Numbered from the stretch's first letter, positions 15,001 to 29,172 are shown. The stretch: 64,000 bases of DNA from Convolutriloba macropyga (GCF_964194025.1 NC_134477.1:56482001-56546000); one strand, 5' to 3'. The notes: generated by a model not told the origin, from the sequence alone. Numbers and translations: made by a program.

Positions 15001-18000
15001 TGTTTTGTTTACCTTACTGTCGTCATGTCCATTGTACGGCTCCAGGCTGATCATCAAATTGTCACGAAACAACTGATGAAAAGGGGTTTTTTGTCTAAAT
15101 TTCTTAGTGTTTATTCCTGTGTTTTTTTGAATTTCTGTTTAACATATTTTAGGTTCATTTCGGTATGCCTTTTATCTGCTTCCCGTTAATTGAACTTTTG
15201 CTTATTTCAAGAAGTTCGAAAACTTGCATTTCTCTGACTAATCTCATTCTTCGCCCTAGCCATAGCCATTGATTTGCTGTAGTATAATTTTTCCAGGTTT
15301 TGTCTTTCGTTTTGTTGACGTGATGCTTATCGTACTGCCCCAGGCTGATCCTTTGATTATAAAAATTTACTGATCTCATTTGTTTTGTTTACCTTACTGT
15401 CGTCATGTCCATTGTACGGCTCCAGGCTGATCATCAAATTGTCACGAAGCAACTGATGAAAAGGGGTTTTTTGTCTAAATTACTTAGTGTTTATTCCTGT
15501 GTTTTTTTTGAATTTCTGTTTAATATATTTTAGGTTCATTTTGGTATGCTTTTTATCTGCTTCCCTTTTATTGGACTTTTGCGTTTTTCAAGAAGTTCGA
15601 AAACTTGCATTCCTCTGACTAATCTCAATCTTCGCCCTAGCCATTGGTTTGCTGTAGTATAATTTTTCCAGGTTTTGTCTTTCGTTTTGTTGACGTGATG
15701 CTTATCGTACTGCCCCAGGCTGACCCTTTGATTATGAAAATTTACTGATCTCATTTGTTTTGTTTACCTTACTGTCGTCATGTCCATTGTACTGCTCCAG
15801 GCTGATCATCAAATTGTCACGAAACAACTGATGAAAAGGGGTTTTTTGTCTAAATTACTTAGTGTTTATTCCTGTGTTTTTTGAATTTCTGTTTAATATA
15901 TTTTAGGTTCATTTCGATATGCCTTTTATCTGCTTCCCGTTAATTGAACTTTTGCTTATTTCAAGAAGTTCGAAAACTTGCATTTCTCTGACTAATCTCA
16001 TTCTTCGCCCTAGCCATAGCCATTGGTTTGCTGTAGTATAATTTTTCCAGGTTTTGTCTTTCGTTTTGTTGACGTGATGCTTATCGTACTGCCCCAGGCT
16101 GACCCTTTGATTATAAAAATTTACTGATCTCATTTGTTTTGTTTACCTTACTGTCGTCATGTCCATTGAACGGCTCCAGGCTGATCATCAAATTGTCACG
16201 AAACAACTGATGAAAAGGGGTTTTTTGTCTAAATTACTTAGTGTTTATTCCTGTGTTTTTTTGAATTTCTGTTTAATATATTTTAGGTTCATTTCGGTAT
16301 GCTTTTTATCTGCTTCCCGTTTATTGGACTTTTGCTTATTTCAAGAAGTTCGAAAACTTGCATTTCTCTGACTAATCTCATTCTTCGCCCTAGCCATAGC
16401 CATTGGTTTGCTGTAGTATAATTTTTCCAGGTTTTGTCTTTCGTTTTGTTGACGTGATGCTTATCGTACTGCCCCAGGCTGACCCTTTGATTATAAAAAT
16501 TTACTGATCTCATTTGTTTTGTTTACCTTACTGTCGTGATGTCCATTGTACGGCTCCAGGCTCATCATCAAATTGTCACGAAACAACTGATGAAAAGGGG
16601 TTTTTTGTCTAAATTACTTAGTGTTTATTCCTGTGTTTTTTTGAATTTCTGTTTAATATATTTTAGGTTCATTTCGGTGTACCTTTTATCTGCTCCCCGT
16701 TTATTGAACTTTTGCTTATTTCAAGAAGTTCGGAAACTTGCATTTCTCTGACTAATCTCAGTCTGCGCCCTAGCCATGGTGATTGGTTTGCTGTAGTATA
16801 ATTTTTCCAGGTTTTGATTTTCGCTTTGTTGACGTGATGCTTATCGTACTGCACCCGGCTGACCATTTGATTAAAAAATTTACTGATCTCAATTGTTTTC
16901 GCTTACCTTACTGGCGTCATTGCACTTGTACGGCTCCAGACGGATCATTAAATTGTCACGAAACAACTGATAAAAAGGATTTTTTGTCTAACTTACTTTG
17001 TATTCATGCCTGTTTTTTTTTTTTTGAATTTCTGTTTAATAACTTTTAGGTTCATTTCGGTATGCCTTTTATCTGCTTCCAGTTAATTGAACTTTTGATT
17101 ATTTCAAGAAGTTCGAAAACTTGCATTTCTCTGACTAATCTCATTCTTCGCCCTAGCCTTAGAGAGTGGTTTGCTGTAATATAATTTTTCCAGGTTTTGT
17201 CTTGTTTTGTTGACGTGATGAGTTTCGTACTGCCCCCAGGCTGACCCGTTGATTATAGAAAATTTACTGATCTCAATTGTTTTTGCTTACCTTACTGGCG
17301 TCATGTCCATTGTACCGCTCCAGGCTGATCATCAAATTGTCACGAAACAACTGATAAAAAGAGTTTTTTGTCTAAATAACTTGTGTTTATGCCTGTTTTT
17401 TTTGAATTTCTGTTTATTATCTGTTTGGTTCATTTTGGTATGCCTTTTATCTGCTTCCCGTTAATTGAATTTTTGCTGATTTAAAGAAGTTCGAAAACTT
17501 GCATTTCTCTGACTAATCTCATTCTTCGCCCTAGCCTTAGAGAGTGGTTTGCTGTAGTATAATTTTTCCAGGTTTTGTCTTGTTTTGTTGACGTGATGAG
17601 TTTCGTACTGCCCCCAGGCTGACCCGTTGATTATAGAAAGTTTACTGATCTCAATTGTTTTTGCTTACCTTACTGGCGTCATGTCCATTGTACCGCTCCA
17701 GGCTGATCATCAAATTGTCACGAAACAACTGATAAAAAGAGTTTTTTGTCTGAATTACTTGTGTTTATGCCTGTTTTTTTTTTGAATTTCTGTTTAATAT
17801 CTTTTTGGTTCATTTTGGCATGCCTTTTATCTGCTTCCCGTTAATTGAACTTTTGCTAATTTCAGAAGTTCGAAAACTTGCATTTCTCTGACTAATTTCA
17901 TTCTTCGCCCTAGCCTTAGTGAGTGGTTTGCTGTAGTATAATTTTTCCAGGTTGTCTTGTTTTGTTGACGTGATGAGTTTCGTACTGCCCCCAGGCTGAC

Positions 18001-21000
18001 CCTTTGATTATAGAAAATTTACTGATCTCAATCGTTTTTTGGTTGCCTTACTGGCGTCATGTCCATTGTACCGCTCCAGGCTGATCATTAAATTGTCACG
18101 AAACAACTGATGAAAAGGGGTTTTTTGTCTAAATTACTTAGTGTTTATTCCTGTGTTTTTTTGAATTTCTGTTTAACATATTTTAGGTTCATTTCGGTAT
18201 GCCTTTTATCTGCTTCCCGTTAATTGAACTTTTGCTTATTTCAAGAAGTTCGAAAACTTGCATTTCTCTGACTGATCTCATTCTTCGCCCTAGCCTTAGT
18301 GAGTGGTTTGCTGTAGTATAATTTTTCCAGGTTTTGTCTTGTTTTGTTGACGTGATGAGTTTCGTACTGCCCCCAGGCTGACCCTTTTATTATAGAAAAT
18401 TTACTGATCTCAATTGTTTTTGCTTACCTTACTGGCGTCATGTCCATTGTACCGCTCCAGGCTGATCATCAAACTGTCACGAAACAACTGATAAAAAGAG
18501 TTTTTTTGTCTAAATTACTTGTGTTTATGCCTGTTTTTTTGAATTTCTGTTTAATATCTTTTTGGTTCATTTTGGTATGCCTTTTATCTGCTTCCCGTTA
18601 ATTGAACTTTTGCTAATTTCAAAAGTTCGAAAACTTGCATTTCTCTGACTAATCTCATTCTTCGCCCTAGCCATAGTGATTGGTTTGCTGTAGTATAATT
18701 TTTCCAGGTTTTGACTTTCGTTTTGTTGGCGTAAGGCTTATCGTACTGCCCCAGGCTGACTCTTGGATTAGAAAAAATTTATTGATCTTAATTGATTTTT
18801 GGTTGCCTTACTGTCGTCATGTCCATTGTACGGCTCCAGGCTGATCATCGGTTTGTCACGAAGAAACTGATAAAAAGGATTTTTTTCTCTGAATTACTTA
18901 GTATTTGTGCTTATATTTTTTTCTGTTTGATAACTTTGAGGTTCATTTCGGTGTACCTTTTATCTGCTCCCCGTTTATTGAACTTTTGCTTATTTCAAGA
19001 AGTTCGAAAACTTGCATTTCTCTGACTAATCTCAGTCTGCGCCCTAGCCATGGTGATTGGTTTGCTGTAGTATAATTTTTCCAGGTTTTGTTTTTCGCTT
19101 TGTTGACGTGATGCTTATCGTACTGCACCCGGCTGACCATTTGATTAAAAAATTTTCTGATCTCAATTGTTTTCGCTTACCTTACTGGCGTCTTGTCACT
19201 TTTACGGCTCCAGACTGATCATCAAATTGTCACGAAACAACTGATAAAAAGGATTTTTTTGTCTAAATTACTTAGTACTCATGCCTGTTTTTTGAATTTC
19301 TGTTTAATAACTTGTAGGTTCATTTCGGTATGCCTTTTATCTGCTTCCCGTTAATTGCACTTTTGCTTATTTCATGAAGTTGGAACTTTTGCATTTCTCT
19401 GACTAATCTCATTCTTCGCCCTAGCCTTAGTGAGTGGTTTGCTGTAGTATAATTTTTCCAGATTTTGTCTTGTTTTGTTGACGTGATGAGTTTCGTACTG
19501 CCCCTAGGCTGACCCTTTGATTATAGAAAATTTACTGATCTCAATTGTTTTTGCTTACCTTGCTGGCGTCATGTCCATTGTACCGCTCCAGGCTGATCAT
19601 CTGATTGTCAGGAAACGCCTGATAAAAAAGCTTTGTCTTAATTATTTGGCATTTGTGTCTACTTGTTTTGTACAACTGTTTCATAGAGTTTAGGTTTGTT
19701 TCGGTATGACTTTTATCTTCTCCCCGTTGATTGAGCTTTAGCTTATTTCAAGAAGTTCGAAATTTGCATTTCTCTGACTAATCTCATTCTTCGCCCTAGC
19801 CATATTGATTGGTTTGCTGTATTTTAATTTTCCCATGTTTTGTCTTGTTTTGTTGCGTTATCTGAACCTTTGAATATAAAAAAATTACCAATCTCAATTT
19901 TCTTTGTTCACCTTACTTTCGTCATGTCCATTGTACCGCTCCAGGCTGATCATCTGATTGTCAGGAAACACCTGATAAAAAGCTTTGTCTAAATTACTTG
20001 GTATTCGTGCCAACTTGTTTTGTACAACTGGTTCTTAAATTTTAGGCTTTTTCGGTATGCCTTTTATCTGCTCCCCGTTAATTGAACCTTTGCTTATTTC
20101 AAGAAGTTCGAAAACTTGCATTTCTCTAACTAATCTCATTCTTCGCCCTAGCCATAGTGAGTGGTTTGCTGTTGTATAATTTTTCCAGGTTTTGTCTTTC
20201 ATTTTGATGACGTGATGCCTATCGTTCTGTTCTGCCCCAGACTGAGCCTTTGATTATAAAAAAAATACTGATCTCAATTGTTTTTGTTTACCTTACTGTC
20301 GTCATGTCCATTGTACTGCTCAAGGTTGATCATATGATTGTCAGGAAACACCTGATAAAAAAGCTTTGTCTAAATTACTTGGTATTTGTGCCAACTTGTT
20401 TTGTACAACTGGTTCATAAATTTTAGGCTTTTTCGGTATGCCTTTTATCTGCTCGCCGTTAATTGAACTTTTGCTTATTTCAAGAAGTTCGAAAAATTAC
20501 ATTTCTCTGACTAATATCATTCTTCGCCCTAGCCATAGTGATTGGTTTGCTGTAGTATAATTTTTCCAGGTTTTGACTTTCGTTTTGTTGGAGTAATGCT
20601 CATCGTACTGCCCCAGGCTGACAAAAATTTACTGATCTCAGTTGTTTGTTTACCTTACTGTCGTCATGTCCATTGTACGGCTCCAGGCTGATCATCGAAA
20701 TGTCACGAGACAACTGATAAATCAGGATTTTGTCTAAGATATTTAGTATTTGTGCCTGCTCTTCTTATTTACTTAATAATTTTTAGGTTTATGTCGGTAT
20801 GCCTTTTATCTGCTCCCCGTTAATTGAGCTTTTGCTTATTTCAAGAAAATCGAGAACTTGCATTTCTCTGACTAATCTCATTCTTCGCCCTAGCTATTGT
20901 GATTGGTTTGCAGTAGTATAATATTTCCAGGTTTTGTCTTTCCTTTGGTGACGTGATGCTTATGGTACTGTCCCAGGCTGACCGGTTGATTATAAAAAAA

Positions 21001-24000
21001 TTTAATGATCTCAATTGTTTTTTTAACTTACTGTCGTCATGCTCATTGTACGGCTCCAGGCTGATCATCAAATTGTCACGAAACAACTGATAAAACAGGA
21101 TGATTTGTCTACATCACTTAGTATTTGCGCCTGTTTTTTTGTATTTCTGTTTAATAATTTTTAGGTTCATTTCGGTATGCCTTTTATCTGCTCCGCGTGA
21201 ATTGAACTTTTGCTTATTTCAAGAAAATTGAAAAAATTGCCTTTCTCAGACTTATCTCATTCTTCGCCCTAGCCGTAGTGATTGATTTGCTGTAGTATAA
21301 TTTTTCCAGGTTTTGTCTTTCGTTTTGTTGACGTGATGCTTATCGTACTGCCCCAGGCTGACCCTTTGATTATAAAAATTTACTGATCTCAGTTGTTTGT
21401 TTACCTTACTGTCGTCATGTCCATTGTACGGCTCCAGGCTGATCATCAAATTGTCACGAAACAACTGATAAAAAGGATTTGTTTGTCTAAATTACTTGGT
21501 GTTTGTGTCTTCTTTTTGTATTTCTGTTTAACTTTTAGGTTCATTTCCGTATGCCTTTTATCTGCTTCCCGTTAATTGAACTTTTGCTTATTCGTACCTA
21601 TGTTTTGTAATTCTGTTTCGTAAATTTTAGTTTTGTTTGGGTTTGCCTGTCTTTGCTCCCCTTTAATTGAACTTCTGCTTTTTTCAAGAAGTTCGATAAA
21701 TTGCATTTGTCTGACTAATCTCATTCTTCGCCCTAGCTATAGTGATTGGTTTGCTGTAGTATAATGTTTCCAGGTTTTTGTCTTTCCTTTTGTTGACGTG
21801 ATGTTTATGGTACTGCCCCAGGCTGACCCTTTGTTTGTAAAAAAATTTACTGATCTCAATTGTTTTTTTAACTTACTGTCGTCATGCCCATTGTACGGCT
21901 CCAGGCTGATCATCGAATTGTCACGAAACAACTGATAAAAAAGGATTTTTGGTCTAAATTACTTAGTATTTATGCCTGTTTTGTATTTCTGTAATAACTT
22001 GTATGTTCATTTCGGTATGTATTTCTTTTATCTGCTTCCCGTTAATTGAACTTTTGCTTACTCGCGCCTATTTTTTTATTTCTGTTTCATAAACTTTAGG
22101 TTTTTTGGGTATGCCTTTCATCTGCTCCCCGTTAATTGAACTTTTGCTTTTTTCAAGAAGTTCGAAAGCTTGTATGTCTCTGACTAATCTCATTCTTGGC
22201 CCTAGCCATAGTGATTGGTTTGCTGTAGTATTTGTTTCTCAGGTGTTGTCTCGTTTTGTTGAAATGATGCTTTTTGTACTGCCCCAGGCTGACACCTTGA
22301 TTATAAAGATATTACTGATCTCAATTAGTTTTGTTTGCCTTACTGTAATCCTTTTCATTGTACCGCTCCAGGCTGATCATCGGATTGTCACGAAACAACT
22401 GATAAAAGGGGATTGTTCTGTCTAAATTACTTAGTATTCGTGCCTATTTTTTCTATTCCTGTTTCATAAATTTTAGGTTTGTTTGGATTTGCCTTTCATC
22501 TGCTCCGTTAATTGGACTTTTGCTTATTTCAAGAAAATCGAGAATTTGCATTTCTCTGACTAATCTCATTCTTCGCCCTAGCTATAGTGATTGGTTTGCA
22601 GTAGTATAGTATTTCCAGGTTTTGTCTTTCCTTTTGTTGACGTGATGCTTGTGGTACTGCCCCAGGCTGACCCTTCGATTGTAAAAAAATTTACTGATCT
22701 TAATTGTTTTTTTAACTTACTGTCGTCATGCCCATTCTACGGCTCCAGGCTGATCATCAAATTGTCACGAAACAACTGATAAAAAGGATTTGGTTGTCTA
22801 AATTACTTGGTGTTTGTGTCTTTTTTTGTATTTCTGTTTAACTTTTAGGTTCATTTCCGTATGCCTTTTATCTGCTTCCCGTTAATTGAACTTTTGCTTA
22901 TTCGTACCTATTTTTTGTAATTCTGTTTCGTAAATTTTAGTTTTGTTTGGGTTTGCCTGTCTTCTGCTCCCCTTTAATTGAACTTCTGCTTTTTTCAAGA
23001 AGTTCGATAAATTGCATTTGTCTGACTAATCTCATTCTTTGCCCTAGCTATAGTGATTGGTTTGCTGTAGTATAATGTTTCCAGGTTTTGTCTTTCCTTT
23101 TGTTGACGTGATGCTTATGGTACTGCCCCAGTCTGACCCTTTGTTTGTAAAAAAATTTACTGATCTCAATTGTTTTTTTAACTTACTGTCGTCATGCCCA
23201 TTGTACGGCTCCAGGCTGATCATCAAATTGTCACGAAACAACTGATAAAAAGGATTTGTTTGTCTAAATTACTTGGTGTTTGTGTCTTTTTTTTGTATTT
23301 CTGTGTTTAACTTTTAGGTTCATTTCCGTATGCCTTTTATCTGCTTCCCGTTAATTGAACTTTTGCTTATTCGTACCTATTTTTTGTAATTCTGTTTCGT
23401 AAATTTTAGTTTTGTTTGGGTTTGCCTGTCTTCTGCTCCCCTTTAATTGAACTTCTGCTTTTTTCAAGAAGTTCGATAAATTGCATTTGTCTGACTAATC
23501 TCTTTCTTCGCCCTAGCTATAGTGATTGGTTTGCTGTAGTATAATGTTTCCAGGTTTTGTCTTTCCTTTTGTTGACGTGATGCTTATGGTACTGCCCCAG
23601 GCTGACCCTTTGTTTGTAAAAAATTTTACTGATCTCAATTGTTTTTTTAACTTACTGTCGTCATGCCCATTGTACGGCTCCAGGCTGATCATCGAATTGT
23701 CACGAAACAACTGATAAAAAAGGATTTTTTGTCTAAATTACTTAGTATTTATGCCTGTTTTGTATTCTGTAATAACTTGTATGTTCATTTCGGTATGTAT
23801 TTCTTTTATCTGCTTCCCGTTAATTGAACTTTTGCTTACTCGCGCCTATTTTTTTATTTCTGTTTCATAAAGTTTAGGTTTTTTGGGTATGCCTTTCATC
23901 TGCTCCCCGTTAATTGAACTTTTGCTTTTTTCAAGAAGTTTGAAAGCTTGCATGTCTCTGACTAATCTCATTCTTGGCCCTAGCCATAGTGATTGGTTTG

Positions 24001-26340
24001 CTGTAGTATTTATTTCTCAGGTGTTGTCTCGTTTTGTTGAAATGATGCTTTTTGTACTGCCCCAGGCTGACACCTTGATTTTAAAGATATTACTGATCTC
24101 AATTAGTTTTGTTTGCCTTACTGTAATCCTTTTCATTGTACCGCTCCAGGCTGCTCATTGGATTGTCACGAAACAACTGATCAAAGGGATTGTTCTGTCT
24201 TAATTACTTAGTATTCGTGCCTATTTTTTCTATTCCTGTTTCATAAATTTTAGGTTTGTTTGGATTTGCCTTTCATCTGCTCCCCGTTAATTAAACTTTT
24301 GCTTATTGTTTTGTAGTTTTTAGGATTGTTTCGGTGTGCTTTTTGTCTGCTCCTCGTTAATTGAACTTTTGCCTATTTCAAGAAGTTCGAAGACTAATTT
24401 CATTCTTTGCCCTGGCCTCAGTGACTTGTTTGCTGTAGTATGATTTTTCAGGTTTTGTCTCTCGTTTTGTGGACGTGATGCTTATCGTACTGCCCCAAGC
24501 TGACCCTTTGTTTATATAAAATTTAACTATCTTGGTGGTTTTTTGTTCCTTTTAATGTCATGTCTATTGTACCGCTGCAGCTTGATCACCTTATTGTCGC
24601 AAAGCAACTGATAAAGGTTTTTTGTCTAAAATACTTGGTTTTTGTGCCTACTTGTTTTGTACTGTGTCTTAACACTTAAGGGTTTGTATTGCTCTGTCTG
24701 ATCTCCGTTGATTGAATTTTGACTTAGTTTGAATTTGACTTAGATTCAATTAGTTTGAAACTTGTGTTTCCTGACTATTCGAATTGGACTCCCTGATCTT
24801 AGTGACTGGTTTCCTGTAGTATAATTTTCTCAGGTCTTATCTCACCTTTCGTTGACGTGATGCTTAGCGTACTGCCCCTGGCTACCCCTTGTTGATAAGA
24901 AATGTAATGATCTTGGTGTTTCTTTTGTTCTTTTTACTGTCATTTCTATTTTAAACTGCAGATTGATCACCCGATTGTCGCCAAAAAAACTGATGAGAAA
25001 GGTTTATTGGTGTAAATTACTTGGTTTTTGTGCCTACTTGTTTTGTACTGCTGTTTCTGACTATTTTCAGGTTTGTATTCGTATGTCTTGTATGATCTCC
25101 GTTAATTGAAGTTTTGTTTTTTTTCAAGAAATTCGAAAAATTTCCTGACTATTCTAATTGGTTCACTGATCTTAGTGATTTGTTTGTTGTAGTATAGTTT
25201 TCTCCGGGTTTTGTTTTTCGTTTTTCTTGACTTACTGCTTATCGTACTGCTACAGGCTGACCCTTTGATTATAAAAAATTTACTGATCTCATTTGTTTTT
25301 ATTTATCTTACTGTCCTCATGCCCATTGTACGGCTCCAGGCTGATCATCAAATTGTCACGAAACAACTGATAAAAAGGAGTTGTTTGTCTAAATAGTCAT
25401 TGGTTTGCTATAGAATAATTTTTCCAGGTTGTGTCTTTCGTTTTGTTGACGTGATACTTATCGAACTGCAACAGGCTGACCCTTTGATTATAAAAAATTT
25501 ACTGATCTCAATTGTTTGTTGTTTCCTTTACTTTTACTGTCGTCATGTCCATTGTACCGCTCCAGGCTGATCGCCTGACTGTCACGAAAAAACTGATGAA
25601 AAAGGTTTTGTCTGAATTACTTTGTATTCATGCCTACTTTTCTCGTACACTTTTTTCATAAATTTTAGGTATGTTTTGGTATGCCTATCATCTGCTCCCC
25701 GTTAATTGAATTTTTGCCATTTTTACGTTTTTCAAGAGGTTCGAAAACGCGATCTTTTCCGACTAATCACATTTTTGCCCTGCTCATAGTGATTGGTTTG
25801 CTGTAGTATAGTTTTCTCAGGTTCCGTCTCTCGTTTTGCTGACGTGATGTTTATCGTACTGCACCAGGCTGGCCCTTTATCAAAAATTTACTGATCCAAC
25901 TTTGTTGTTTCCCTTACTGTCGTCATGTCCATTGTACCGCCCCAGGTTGGTCAGCTAATTGACACGAAAAAACTGATAAAAAGTTTTTTTCTAAATTACG
26001 TTGTATTGATGCCTACTTTTTTCGTAGAACTGTTTCATAAATTTTAGGTTTGTTTCGGTATGCCTTTTATCTGCTCCCCGTTAATTGAACTTTTGCTTTT
26101 TTAAAGAAGTTCGAAAACTTGCATGTCTGTCTAATCTCATTCTTCGCCCTAGCCATAGTGATTGGTTTGCTGTAGTATATTTTTTCCAGGTTTTGTCTTT
26201 CGTTTTGTTGACGTGATGCTTATCGTACTGCCCCAGGCTGACCCTTTGATTATAAAAAATTTACTGATCGCAATTGTATTTTGTTTACCTTACTGTCGTC
26301 ATGTCCATTGTACCGCTTCAGGATGGTCAGTTGATTGACA
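1..26340. repeat. Tandem satellite array, ~374-380-bp monomer, roughly 65-70 copies in the window, truncated by the window start
   Basis: TTTTTGTCTAAATTACTTAG recurs at 1 and 381 and onward. The ORF track repeats every ~375-380 bp. There are two main monomer types, with AGCCATAGCCATTG or AGCCATTG (6-bp indel) plus linked SNPs. Copies are near-identical to ~16.7 kb and increasingly diverged to ~26.3 kb. Confidence 0.98.
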
Positions 26341-26449
26341 TTAAGTGTAAAATGTAGTGATTTGCTGCATATCTAATTTTGCTCTTATGTAATCAATTGG
26401 GTGAATTAATTCCTCAATATTAGCGAAAATCGGTCTGTTTGACATTCGG

Positions 26450-27345
26450 TGAAGCACTAAGGAGACCCAGCCTTTGCTATTTAGCCTTTGCTGTTTAGAG
26501 AAATTCTAGCCTTTCCTGTTTATCAGCTCTCCTGCATTTAAGTTCTTCAAGTAGATTTCTATAGTCGCTGTTTTTTTTTTAATTTTCACGCATACGCTTT
26601 AGGGAAAGCATTTTGGTTGATGAAGGTGTACGCTGTTGTGGTGTGTCCTTGGTTTTGCTTTTTTGTAGATTCTCCGGATAACTGAACTTTTGATCAATTT
26701 TTCAGCAACAAGTTGCAATTCATTTATATCTTGCTTAGAATTCAATTCTAGATATCGGGTGATGCGATCTGACTTGATATGCATAAGTGGTGCTGAATTG
26801 TTACTAGCGACTTTTAATTGTTTTGCTTGAGCCTCCTCTTTCAATGGTTTATCGTATTTGCTCTATTGCTGTAGAGTAAAAAGCGCTTTTCCGTGATTTG
26901 GATTCCTTTAATTCCCCAGCAAACCTTCCTGCTCCAGATTCTTTCCTTCTGGTCAAAAAAGACAAACTATCAACTATGCAATTCTGGTGGTGGCTTGAAT
27001 GACGATCCTCTTCATAACGGATGGCACGTTTTGAAATCGCGTGGTTCAATGTTGACATTCTGTACAGTTTGGATAAGGTCAATAACGTCTGAGCGGCAGG
27101 TTCCATTTGAACTAAACGTTGGATTACGAATAATTAAACTATCTTTCAAATGATGTCTTTCCGGTTGATTAGCTTTAATCTTCACCTGTGCCACCTTAGA
27201 TTCCAGTTCGGCAATTCGTGTTTTTTTGCTAAATTTTCTTTGATTAGGGTTTTCAAATTTTCCTTAGCTGATTCATCAAGACTCTCACTTTCATGCTATG
27301 TTTTTATCAGATCGACCATGCCTCGCTGGCTCATCTCTATTTAAT
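26450..27345 (-). pseudogene. Degenerate coding fragment, possibly from a non-LTR retrotransposon, interrupting the satellite edge
   Basis: Non-satellite block with successive minus-strand K/E/R-rich ORF pieces (26849-27106, 26599-26844) broken by stops. No diagnostic motif was recognised. Confidence 0.25.
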
Positions 27346-27409
27346 AAGTTTATCAATTTATTTACTAAGTTTATCACAATAATTAGGATAAATTTTATCC
27401 GCTAATTTT

Positions 27410-27940
27410 AGGACTTGATTTATCTCTCTAATCTCATTCTGCTCCCAGATTGTTTTGACTGGCTGGCTCTACTACAATTTTGTGAGCGGCTGTCTCGCTT
27501 TTCGCCGACAGGATGTCCCTTATACCGTTCCAAACTGACACTTTAATAATGACAAACTAAATGGTGATAGTTTTTGATTTCCTTCACTGAGGTGATGAAA
27601 TGCCTGTCTGAACCGGAGTTTGGCAAAATTACTGCTAGTTTTTTTGGTTTCCATTACTTGCCTGATTTGTATTGCTGTAGTCTGATGACCTGACTATCAC
27701 AAAATTACTGGCGGTACTCGACTGTTTTAGCTATCGAGAATACGTGTCCTTCTTGCTCATTCGTCTTTTTCTTGTAAATATATCGTGGTTCCGTGTAAAT
27801 TCATTTTCCGGGAAAATTTGAAGGTGATTTGACTGTATCAGTCTATATTTTCCCCTTGGCTGAATTGTTTTGTTGACATTACTATGATAAGCAAGTTTTT
27901 GTCTCGCGTATTGTTGACGTGATTGTACCGCTTCAGTATT
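27410..27940. repeat. Highly decayed relics of the same satellite monomer
   Basis: CTAATCTCATTCT...TGTCTCGCTTTTCGCCGAC...AAACTGACACTTTAAT (~27428-27550) and TTGTTGACGTGATTGTACCGCTTCAG (~27911-27936) align by eye with monomer motifs in the same order. Confidence 0.55.
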
Positions 27941-28296
27941 TTTTACGCTAGAATTTGGTTTTTATTATCATTTAGTTTGTATAACATTTTGATCACTTCT
28001 TTGGGAGCTGGTTTCACGCGTTTACCATGTCGAGCCAGAGTTTTGAAGAGTCACGTAATCTTGCTTAAAATGCTCAATTTGCACGTTTTATAGTGACTAG
28101 TGTGTTATGTAAGTTATGTATATAGCCAATTCTGGCCTTTGGACTTCTGGCACTGCCGAGTTTCGGCATTTTATAACGTGCACGTGCGTTTTTTAAGCCT
28201 GTTCTTCTTCGAAACTGCTGAAGAAAGCAAGCCTGACGCCAGTAGCGATCACTACTTTGTCTATCCTTCCTTCTTTGTCGTATCATGTTTTTTGTT

Positions 28297-29172
28297 AATA
28301 GCCACACAGCGATAGCTGGACTATTATTGGCCTTCTCTTGGTTTTTTTACAATTCAATGAATTTGAATTGTATTGGGGCGCTGTCTTTTTTTAAGATCTG
28401 TTCACACATTTTCATGATTTTTAAAGTCAAATTGGAGTAGTGATTTTAGTCACCACGAAACAGGAAATGGAGCGAAAAAGCGAGTGGTTTTGCGGCGTGA
28501 AATTTTTTCACTCTAATTTTAAAGTAGAATGAGAAAACGGTGTTCGAACAAAAATTCGCTTTCTCGCTAGTGGTGTTTTGTTCACATGCGGCAATTTCGC
28601 TTTGATTTTCTGTTTTTTCGATTTTTTGGATCGGATTTTTTTCTAAATGGTTTTCCCGATCCATTCATTGTCCGTTCTAGGTCTAATTTTCTGTTTAGTC
28701 AATGAAAATTCTTTGAGTTGTACGTCAGGACTTGTCCTGCCATGTTTTTTATTTCGTCGTCGCGATTTTTGTTACGACCATATGACGTCACAACCTCTTC
28801 AAATCTGCGTTTTGTTCATTCGTTCATGCAATTTCAACTGAAGTGCGTGTGTGACGTCATTTTTCGCTCTTAGTGGAGCGAGTTTGTTTTTTTTGTTCAT
28901 TCGCGTGATTAAATTTTCAGTCACACTTTGGGATTGACTTTTATTTACTTTAATTCAAAGAGATAAGGTCAAATGAGTAAGTCACTCTAAATGAAGGTTA
29001 ATTGAGAGCAGCTAATAGAGGCAGCAAAAACTTATACAGATTTTCAATCAAAATATACCATCAGCCTTCAATGAAAAGACAATTTTTTTTGGTCTGTCTG
29101 TTTTTACTGTTTTTTTGAGACTGCAGATCTACGAAGCTATTACGGCTATTTTCTGGCAATCTGACAGCTATG
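28297..29172 (+). mobile_element. Non-autonomous Helentron/DINE-1-like (HINE) element
   Basis: 5' AATAGCC, 3' GGCTATT (29144-29150), then an imperfect hairpin CTGGCA-ATC-TGACAG, then CTATG and a T-run. The internal core (TTACAAT...GATCTGTTCAC...AAGTCAAA) is shared with copies near 31590, 46160, 49460 and 53780. Confidence 0.6.

Noticed and set aside
68-25396. Dozens of near-identical 61-106-aa ORFs (MRSVNFYNQR...) as a tandem gene family
   Set aside because: They recur at the satellite period, change length or vanish with neutral monomer variants, and show no recognisable domain.
1-26340. CRISPR array or rDNA/snRNA/5S gene cluster
   Set aside because: There are no unique spacers, and no rRNA, snRNA or Pol III box motifs were recognised in the monomer.
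28100-28315. Possible upstream USP32 exon
   Set aside because: The translation lacks the motifs expected before HESVE (Cys-rich segment, IAVDW-like), and its end runs into a HINE.
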